DNA of 64,000 nucleotides from Flavobacteriaceae bacterium (GTDB lineage Bacteria > Bacteroidota > Bacteroidia > Flavobacteriales > Flavobacteriaceae). Positions 57,265-64,000 of this stretch are shown here, in pieces. The DNA is taken from NCBI GenBank assembly GCA_016777305.1, contig JADHRR010000003.1, forward strand, positions 856-64,855. Direction: 5' to 3'. Below the pieces are notes generated by a model. That model saw nothing but the letters and a program-made list of their open reading frames with translations, was not told the DNA's origin and did not search any database. The position numbers and the translations under genes were made by a program. Every line of letters starts with the position of its first letter. Positions within the stretch are counted from its first letter, which is position 1.

Positions 57265-57678
57265 CTATTCAGTATCGTTTGATGATATAACCATTTCTCT
57301 ATTGTATTTACAACACATAGGAAGTTTATCATAATCTTCATCCAAAGCTGTACTAAGTTCAGTGTCATATCCAGACTTTGCTATAGCATTGTGTATATCA
57401 TTAATAAACTGATCATTGATTTCTGACGTAATATTAATTGAAATCATTTTTGATTCCGTGCTCCATGATGCTGTATCTACCCCTTCAATAGACATAGTTG
57501 CTGATTCAATTGTAGATTTACACATACCACAATTACCTCTAACTCCAAATGTAAGATCACTTGTAATAATTTCAGCAGTTTCTACGGCTGGAATTCCAAT
57601 AACTTTAACTTCCGGCTGTTTGTTATTCATGCAAGAAACGACGCTTAAAACACTAAATAATAGATATATACTTTTCAT
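57265..57678 (-). CDS. heavy-metal-associated (HMA-like) domain lipoprotein
   Basis: Lipoprotein signal (LSVVSC), the CxxC metal motif in RGNCGMCKSTIE, and a C-terminal CC pair (LPMCCKY). Confidence 0.6.
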   Translation of the reverse strand: MKSIYLLFSVLSVVSCMNNKQPEVKVIGIPAVETAEIITSDLTFGVRGNCGMCKSTIESATMSIEGVDTASWSTESKMISINITSEINDQFINDIHNAIAKSGYDTELSTALDEDYDKLPMCCKYNREMVISSNDTE

Positions 57679-57689
57679 AATTTGATTTG

Positions 57690-58031
57690 TTATTTGTTTT
57701 TTCTGTTAGCAATAAAACTTTTAATAAAATAGACCATAGATAATATAGATGTCAGTATCATAATAACAACACGTATTAATCCAAATCCACCAGAATCTAA
57801 TGATTTAGGCAACCTCATAACAATCAAAGCTACTAGAATGACTAAAGTTAGTAACACAGCTATGTGAGCTATTAGTTTATCCTGTTTTTTTAATCCATTA
57901 GTACATAATAATAAGATTATACCAAATATTACTGGAATAAGTGCTGTTGGAGAAACTACTTCAAAATAACCCCATAAACCTATAAATATTAAGGATATAG
58001 AATTAATTAAATTTGCCTTAAATGAATTCAT
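57690..58031 (-). CDS. small integral membrane protein (unknown function)
   Basis: 113 aa with four predicted TM helices. Confidence 0.45.
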   Translation of the reverse strand: MNSFKANLINSISLIFIGLWGYFEVVSPTALIPVIFGIILLLCTNGLKKQDKLIAHIAVLLTLVILVALIVMRLPKSLDSGGFGLIRVVIMILTSILSMVYFIKSFIANRKNK

Positions 58032-58067
58032 TTTTTAAGATATCTGATTAACAATTAATAAAGATAA

Positions 58068-59609
58068 TTAATTAACAGGAATAGTTTCTTTGATTTTATC
58101 AAAATTTTCTCTAAGATAAGATCTTAATCTTTTTTTGTAATCATCAGTTAACCAACTTAAAAAGTTGTGCGTACTCTTGCTGATACATTTAGAATATCTA
58201 TTAATTCTAAAGTCTATATCATCATTTAATTTTTTAGATAAAATTAATGCATCAAAAACATCTTCACAATTTTCAATACAAATTTTTGCGTGTTGACTGA
58301 TAGATCTTTCTAAAACAACTTTAGAGGACTCCCCTTTTCTGATAGATTCTACATAGGTTTTGTTAACATCAAAGTAAACTTCTTTTGAATTTTGAAATTC
58401 TTGTCTTAGTTCATCAGGCATTTCATACCTAAAATTACTTTCAATTTCTTCATCAGTTATGATACTGTCTAGGTAATAATTTGGTGATTTAAATATTCTT
58501 TGCCAATCTAAATCAATCCCCCATTCACCAAACCTATGAAAGTTATTACCCAAATCAATAACATTAAAATGAGATTTATTTTTAAGGATTCTTGAACCTC
58601 TTCCTATCATTTGATAGTAAAGAGTTAGAGATTTTGTAGCTCTATTAAGTATTATTGATTCCACTGTAGGCTCATCAAACCCAGTGGTTAAGATACTTAC
58701 AGAAGTTAAAATAGCTCCAGGAGTAACTTTAAACCAATTTAGTATTCTAGCTCTTTCTTTTTTTGATGCAGTATTATCTAAATGAGCTACATCATACCCA
58801 GCGGTCTTAAACATGTCATAAACAATAAGTGACGTATTTATACCATTGTTAAATATTAATGTTTTTTGGCCCTTACATTTTTCTTCATATGAAACTAGCA
58901 ATTTAGATAACATATCATTATTAGTATATAAATCCTCAGATGATTTTACTGTATAGTCTCCGTTGGCTCCAATAACCAATGAAGTAAGTCCTACATTAAA
59001 TGAATACATGTTAGCACTTGCTAAAAATTCATTCTTTATTAAATCTTGAATGGACTCACCTACTATTAATTCATCATAATTATCTGTCATTGGGAGCTCT
59101 ATGTTAGAACTCAGTGGAGTAGCAGTTACCCCTAATATAAAAGAATTACTAAAAAATTTAAATAATTTTGTAAACGAGTTATAATGAGCTTCATCAATAA
59201 TTACTAATCCAATACCTGAGATATCTAGTTTATCATCGTTTAACCTGTTGTTAAGTGTTTCAACCATGGCTACAAAGCAGGTATACATTGATTGATCGTC
59301 TAAGTTAGCTTTACTATCTATAACTTTGTTTTCAACTCCAAATTCAGATAATACTTTTGAAGTTTGTTTACACAACTCAATTCTATGAGTCATGACTAAT
59401 ACTTTTTTATTATGATTAGAAAGATATTGTCTAACGATTTCTGAAAAAATTACAGTCTTACCACCACCAGTTGGAAGTTGATATAATAAATGATAATCTT
59501 CTCTTGAATTTTCGAAACTATCAAAAATTTTACTGATAGCTCCTTTTTGATAACTATAGAGACTTTTGTCCGCTTTTCTTTCTTCTTTCTCGTTAAGGGT
59601 AATAATCAT
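58068..59609 (-). CDS. superfamily 2 DEAH-box helicase (RadD / type III res-subunit-like core) with C-terminal extension
   Basis: Walker A PTGGGKT, DEAH (IIDEAHY), TATP and motif VI QMIGRGSR. I prefer ATG 59609, because the track's TTG at 59639 lies upstream of a -7 box. Confidence 0.75.
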   Translation of the reverse strand: MIITLNEKEERKADKSLYSYQKGAISKIFDSFENSREDYHLLYQLPTGGGKTVIFSEIVRQYLSNHNKKVLVMTHRIELCKQTSKVLSEFGVENKVIDSKANLDDQSMYTCFVAMVETLNNRLNDDKLDISGIGLVIIDEAHYNSFTKLFKFFSNSFILGVTATPLSSNIELPMTDNYDELIVGESIQDLIKNEFLASANMYSFNVGLTSLVIGANGDYTVKSSEDLYTNNDMLSKLLVSYEEKCKGQKTLIFNNGINTSLIVYDMFKTAGYDVAHLDNTASKKERARILNWFKVTPGAILTSVSILTTGFDEPTVESIILNRATKSLTLYYQMIGRGSRILKNKSHFNVIDLGNNFHRFGEWGIDLDWQRIFKSPNYYLDSIITDEEIESNFRYEMPDELRQEFQNSKEVYFDVNKTYVESIRKGESSKVVLERSISQHAKICIENCEDVFDALILSKKLNDDIDFRINRYSKCISKSTHNFLSWLTDDYKKRLRSYLRENFDKIKETIPVN

Positions 59610-59627
59610 TTGAAAAATGTTGGTGGG

Positions 59628-59635
59628 CAAAAATA
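59628..59635 (-). promoter_or_regulatory. candidate -7 box (TATTTTTG) for the helicase gene
   Basis: The minus strand reads TATTTTTG. Its G is 18 nt upstream of ATG 59609. Confidence 0.4.
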
Positions 59636-59704
59636 CCAACTTTAGTTAGTTTTTCAACTATAAAACATTAATTATTTTATATTTTTATAATAAATCACTT
59701 ACTT

Positions 59705-60832
59705 ATGAACTTATATGTTAAAGCAGCTATTTTAATTGTTACTATTATATCTATTTATCTATTAAAAGTGACAAATGATAATAACAATCTTTTAGAGAAA
59801 GCAAAAATTATACATAAAAATGTTATAACTCTAGACACACACTGTGATATAGATGTTAAAAATTTTACAGAGTCTATTAATTATTCTAAAAATATAGACA
59901 CTCAATGTAATATACCTAAGATGGAAATTGGAGGTCTAGATGTTGCTTGGTTTATAGTATATACCGGTCAAGGGGAATTAAATACTAAAGGATATGAAAA
60001 AGCTTATAAGAACGCAATATCAAAATTTGACGCTATTCACAATTTAGTTAACACCTACTCAAGTGATAATATTGGATTAGCGCTTAACTCTAATGATGTT
60101 AGAAAAATTCATAGTAGTGGAAAGAAAGTTGCGATGATTGGAATTGAAAACGGATACCCAATTGGGCTAGATATTAAAAATGTTGAGAAGTTCTATAATA
60201 GAGGTGCTCGTTACATGTCTCTTTCTCATAACGGACATAGTCAATTATGTGATAGCAACACTGGAGAAGAAGATGGAGTTTATTTACATAATGGACTTAG
60301 TGATTTGGGGGTTGAAGTAATTAAAGAGATGAATAGGATAGGAATGATGATAGATATTTCACATCCATCTAAAGAAGCAATTAGACAAATGATCAAAATA
60401 AGTAAAGCACCAGTTATTGCATCTCATTCTTCTGCCAGAAAATTATGCAACCACAGTAGAAATCTAGATGATGAACAATTAGGATGGATAAAAGAAAATG
60501 GTGGTGTTGTGCAAACTGTTGCATTTAAATCTTACTTAAATTCTGAAAAATCTAAACCAAATAGTAAAAACAAAGTAGATGTGTCTGATTTTGTTGATCA
60601 TATTGATTACTTAGTTAGTTTAATAGGAATAAATCATGTTGGAATTAGTAGTGATTTTGATGGTGGTGGTGGAATTGATGGATGGGAAGATGCTTCAGAA
60701 ACTTTTAATGTAACATTAGAGCTAGTAAAAAGAGGTTATAGTGAAGTAGAAATTGAAAAAATATGGTCAGGTAATTTATTAAGAGTTTTAGACGAGGTTT
60801 CTCAAATTTCAAAAAAAATACAAAAAATATAA
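59705..60832 (+). CDS. membrane dipeptidase (peptidase family M19)
   Basis: N-terminal anchor, TLDTHCD (HxD), the GIENG segment, DISH and SSDFDG motifs. Confidence 0.85.
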   Translation: MNLYVKAAILIVTIISIYLLKVTNDNNNLLEKAKIIHKNVITLDTHCDIDVKNFTESINYSKNIDTQCNIPKMEIGGLDVAWFIVYTGQGELNTKGYEKAYKNAISKFDAIHNLVNTYSSDNIGLALNSNDVRKIHSSGKKVAMIGIENGYPIGLDIKNVEKFYNRGARYMSLSHNGHSQLCDSNTGEEDGVYLHNGLSDLGVEVIKEMNRIGMMIDISHPSKEAIRQMIKISKAPVIASHSSARKLCNHSRNLDDEQLGWIKENGGVVQTVAFKSYLNSEKSKPNSKNKVDVSDFVDHIDYLVSLIGINHVGISSDFDGGGGIDGWEDASETFNVTLELVKRGYSEVEIEKIWSGNLLRVLDEVSQISKKIQKI

Positions 60833-60838
60833 TTTGTT

Positions 60839-61060
60839 TTAGTACCTTTTTTTTATTTCTCTAACGATATCTTCAAGACCGTTTAATTGAAGCTCGAAAA
60901 CAAGTTCAAGTTGTTTCCCTAGCTTTCCAGATGGGAATCCTTTATTTTTATACCAAATTATATAATGCTCAGGTAAGTCAATTAAATATCTTCCCTTGTA
61001 TTTTCCAAATGGCATTTTCATTTTAGATAAATCAATTAGAATCTGTTTATCTTGAAACAT
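60839..61060 (-). CDS. DUF3820-family small protein
   Basis: It has MPFGKYKGRYLIDLPEHYIIWYKNKGFPSGKLG, which I recognise as DUF3820. 73 aa, 8 nt downstream of the E1 gene. Confidence 0.65.
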   Translation of the reverse strand: MFQDKQILIDLSKMKMPFGKYKGRYLIDLPEHYIIWYKNKGFPSGKLGKQLELVFELQLNGLEDIVREIKKRY

Positions 61061-61068
61061 GTGTTTTA

Positions 61069-63045
61069 TTAATAATTGAGCAGTTTTTTTAATTCTAATT
61101 CAAACCTATCATAAGGTAAGTATTGGTCTTCTAAAGTTTTTTCAAAAGGAATTGGTGTATCTAAACTAGCAACTCTTATAACTGGTGCATCTAAATACTC
61201 AAAACAACTCTCCATTATAATTGATGATATCTCAGAAGCTAAACCTCCAAACATAGAATCCTCTTGTAGTATTATGGCCTTACCAGTCTTTTTGACTGAA
61301 TTTACTATTGCATCTTTATCAAGAGGACATAAAGACCTTAAATCAATTAAATCAAAAGTATGTGTATCTATGTTTTTTATTATTTCAAGTGCTTTGTGTA
61401 CTGGTGCACCATAAGTAATTATTGTCAAATCATTTCCTTGAGTCAAATAACAAGCTTTTCCTAGTGGCAGGTTGTAATATCCTTCTGGAACATCTTGTCT
61501 CACACTTCTGTACAAAGCTTTGTGCTCAAAAAATAAAACTGGATTTGGATCTTCGATTGAAGAGATTAATAAACCTTTTGCATCAGCAGGAAATGCAGGA
61601 TATACAACTTTAAGACCAGGTGTTTTGGTGAACCAAGCTTCATTTGTTTGTGAATGAAAAGGTCCTGCCCCTACTCCAGCTCCACAAGGCATTCTTAATA
61701 CAACATCAGCATTTTGCCCCCATCTATAATAAGATTTAGCTAGATAATTAACCACAGGATTAAAACCAGAGGTTATAAAATCTCCAAATTGTAGCTCCAC
61801 TATAGATTTTGTATCACAAATAGATAAACCCATTGCAATTTCAATTATTGATGATTCACATATAGGAGTGTTTCTAACTCTATCTTTTCCATATTTTTCA
61901 ACAAAACCCTCCGTAATTTTAAATACACCTCCGTACTCTGCAATATCCTGACCCATTATAACCAGTGAATTATTTTTTTTCATGGCTTCATCTAACCCCT
62001 CTGAAATTGCATCAACTAATCTCAAATGGTTCGTTTTAGTCGAAGCAATTGATTCAACAAAATCAAATTTTTTAAAAACATCAGAAAGTTGTAATTCGAT
62101 ATCAGTTTCAGGATAAGGTTCATTATATGCTAACTCTAAATTTTCATTAATCTCAAGATTTAAAGAATCTTTAATTGTTTTAATATGCTCAAGATTAATT
62201 ATATCATTACCAGTTAAATAATCTTCAAAGTTAGAAATAGGATCTTTTTTAGCCCATGTATCTATTAGTTCTTTGGGAACATATTTAACTCCACTAGCTT
62301 CCTCATGACCTCTTATTCTAAATGTTTTAAATTCTATAAGAACTGGTCTAGGGTTTTTTCTTATGTCTTTCGCTATCTTTTCTATTTTACGATAAACTTC
62401 AATAATATTATTTCCATCAATAATATGAGCCTCCATCCCATACCCTACTCCCTTATCTGCTAAGTTTTTACAATTGTATTGTTCTTTCGTGGAAGTAGAT
62501 AAACCATATCCATTATTTTCAATACAAAAAAGTACTGGTAGATTCCATACTGAAGCAACATTTAAAGCTTCATGAAAGTCTCCTTCACTGGTTCCACCGT
62601 CACCAGTAAAAACAGCGGTAATTTTATTGGTTTTATTAATTAATTGATGTAATGCAATTCCGTCCGCAACTCCCATTTGAGGTCCTAGATGAGAAATCAT
62701 ACCAACGATGTGAAAATCTTTTGTTCCAAAATGAAAAGAACGATCTCTTCCTTTTGTAAAGCCAGAAACTTTTCCTTGCCATTGACTAAATAATTTAGAT
62801 AAAGGGATGTTTCTAGAAGTAAAAACACCTAGATTTCTATGCATTGGTAAAATATACTCATCTTCACTTAATGCATGTGTAAGACCTATTGAAATAGCTT
62901 CTTGTCCAATACCTGAAAACCATTTTGATATTTTTCCTTGTCTTAATAGAATTAACATTTTTTCTTCTATAAGTCTAGATTTTATCATACCTGTGTATAA
63001 TTCAACCAGTTTTAAAGTTTTAACGTTTCCTATTTCGTACAACAT
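61069..63045 (-). CDS. 2-oxoacid dehydrogenase E1 component, fused alpha and beta subunits (TPP-dependent)
   Basis: 658 aa. The N-terminal E1-alpha part has the TPP motif GDGGTSEGDFHEALN..NNGYG. The C-terminal E1-beta/transketolase-like part has GQDIAEYGGVFKITEG and NTPICESSI. Confidence 0.85.
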   Translation of the reverse strand: MLYEIGNVKTLKLVELYTGMIKSRLIEEKMLILLRQGKISKWFSGIGQEAISIGLTHALSEDEYILPMHRNLGVFTSRNIPLSKLFSQWQGKVSGFTKGRDRSFHFGTKDFHIVGMISHLGPQMGVADGIALHQLINKTNKITAVFTGDGGTSEGDFHEALNVASVWNLPVLFCIENNGYGLSTSTKEQYNCKNLADKGVGYGMEAHIIDGNNIIEVYRKIEKIAKDIRKNPRPVLIEFKTFRIRGHEEASGVKYVPKELIDTWAKKDPISNFEDYLTGNDIINLEHIKTIKDSLNLEINENLELAYNEPYPETDIELQLSDVFKKFDFVESIASTKTNHLRLVDAISEGLDEAMKKNNSLVIMGQDIAEYGGVFKITEGFVEKYGKDRVRNTPICESSIIEIAMGLSICDTKSIVELQFGDFITSGFNPVVNYLAKSYYRWGQNADVVLRMPCGAGVGAGPFHSQTNEAWFTKTPGLKVVYPAFPADAKGLLISSIEDPNPVLFFEHKALYRSVRQDVPEGYYNLPLGKACYLTQGNDLTIITYGAPVHKALEIIKNIDTHTFDLIDLRSLCPLDKDAIVNSVKKTGKAIILQEDSMFGGLASEISSIIMESCFEYLDAPVIRVASLDTPIPFEKTLEDQYLPYDRFELELKKLLNY

Positions 63046-63164
63046 AAAAATTTAATATTTTTTTAAAAATATAAAATATTAAATTCTAATAAGGCCAAAT
63101 ACTAATTAAGTTTATTAACTTTATTAACTATTAAATAAAATAATTATAAATTTAATTGACTCAT

Positions 63165-64000
63165 ATGGAAACAAATAAAATTCCTAGTGTAAATCTTCTA
63201 GATTTCTTGTCTTCAGATATAAATAAGAAAAATAATTTTGTTGAATCAATTGGAAAAGCATTTGAAGAGATTGGTTTTGTAGCTCTTGATGGTCATTTCT
63301 TGGATTCTAATTTTAACGAAAAACTATATAAAGAAATAAGATCTTTCTTTGATTTACCACAAGAAATAAAAAATAAATACGAAATTCCTGGTATCTCTGG
63401 TCAAAGAGGCTATGTTTCTTTTGGTAAAGAATCCGCTAAAGGAAGTAAACATGGTGATTTAAAAGAATTTTGGCACTTTGGTCAGTATGTCGAAAATGAT
63501 GATAAACTCTTAAAAGAATATCCTTCTAATGTAGAAGTTACAGAAAATAAGGAGTTTAATATTGTTGGTAAACAAACTTATAAGTTATTAGAAAAAACCT
63601 CAAAATATGTTTTAAGAGCATTATCTCTCTACTTAAATTTAGATGAGTTTTACTTTGACAAATACATTGTTAATGGAAACTCTATATTAAGACCGATTCA
63701 CTACCCTCCTATTTTAGAGAAACCTAAAGATGCAGTAAGAGCAGCAGCACACGGAGATATTAACCTAATTACACTTTTAATGGGTGCTCAAGGAAGGGGA
63801 TTACAAGTAAAAAACAATAAAGGCGAATGGATTGATGCTATTGCTTCTAAAGATCAATTAATGATAAATGTTGGTGATATGTTATCAAGACACACTAACA
63901 ACAAACTAAAATCTACAGTTCATAGAGTAATTAATCCTTCAAAGGAATTGATGAAAAAATCACGATACTCTATACCATTTTTTATGCATCCAATAAGTGA
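63165..64000 (+). CDS. 2-oxoglutarate/Fe(II)-dependent oxygenase (isopenicillin-N-synthase-like), 3' end outside window
   Basis: I translated from ATG 63165. It gives METNKIPSVNLLDFL..IGKAFEEIGFVALDGH and later AAAHGDINLITLL (HxD) and STVHRV. It has no stop before the window end, so it is absent from the ORF track. Confidence 0.75.
   Translation, partial: METNKIPSVNLLDFLSSDINKKNNFVESIGKAFEEIGFVALDGHFLDSNFNEKLYKEIRSFFDLPQEIKNKYEIPGISGQRGYVSFGKESAKGSKHGDLKEFWHFGQYVENDDKLLKEYPSNVEVTENKEFNIVGKQTYKLLEKTSKYVLRALSLYLNLDEFYFDKYIVNGNSILRPIHYPPILEKPKDAVRAAAHGDINLITLLMGAQGRGLQVKNNKGEWIDAIASKDQLMINVGDMLSRHTNNKLKSTVHRVINPSKELMKKSRYSIPFFMHPIS

Noticed and set aside
58068-59609. SF2 helicase with a type III restriction res-like core, considered as a possible phage-defence component
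   Set aside because: It has no adjacent methyltransferase, nuclease or other defence-associated partner, and no compositional or mobility signal. Its neighbours are housekeeping or membrane genes. It looks like a RadD-like repair helicase.
63053-63128. AT-only inverted repeat (ATATTTTT/AAAAATAT) and a tandem 9-mer TTTATTAAC x2 (63111..63128) in the divergent spacer between the E1 and oxygenase genes
   Set aside because: This is low-complexity A/T sequence, and such short repeats are expected by chance in this composition. It might still be a regulator site, but the sequence gives no support.
1-64000. Search for tRNA, rRNA or other structured RNA genes, CRISPR repeats, IS elements, integrases and prophage remnants
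   Set aside because: All intergenic spacers are under about 200 bp and A/T-rich, with no GC-rich structured segments. I saw no regularly spaced direct repeats and no transposase or integrase-like ORFs.

Overview
This is a very AT-rich, very densely coding chromosomal segment that looks like core genome of a Flavobacteriia-type Bacteroidota bacterium. The lineage evidence is a fused lpxC-fabZ gene, a PorX-type receiver/PglZ regulator, a fused E1 alpha/beta 2-oxoacid dehydrogenase, a DUF4834-YfhO pair, many TAnnTTTG -7 promoter boxes and no Shine-Dalgarno sequences at start codons. I call about 63 protein genes, almost all housekeeping: translation (prfB, efp, truA, tsaE, ychF), DNA repair and topology (uvrA, nth-like, parE/parC, an SF2 helicase), lipid A and fatty acid synthesis (lpxD, lpxC-fabZ, lpxA, fabG), serine biosynthesis (serA, serC), envelope glycosylation genes, peptidases and redox enzymes. 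I found no rRNA, tRNA, CRISPR array, transposase, integrase, phage gene or recognisable defence or toxin module. Intergenic spacers are all under about 200 bp. I therefore do not think the window holds an accessory island or an obvious novel system, and my interest scores are moderate or low. The points most worth a second look are listed here.
- The prfB programmed +1 frameshift, which the ORF track misses, carries an internal AGGAGG.
- A translationally linked CBS-like PLP enzyme and an AONS-family acyltransferase resemble the CapA/CapB sulfonolipid (capnine) enzymes. A convergent, overlapping two-domain GNAT plus outer-membrane barrel operon lies next to them.
- An endonuclease III homologue lacks the Fe-S cluster cysteines.
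- A dihydroorotase-like protein has degenerate metal ligands.
- A TIGR02757 protein has an EndoIII-like HhH/Asp signature.
- A perfect palindrome sits just downstream of the -7 box of the M14 peptidase gene.
- Three genes have a -7 box only 4-6 nt from the ATG, so their mRNAs may be nearly leaderless.
- Several convergent gene pairs overlap at their 3' ends.
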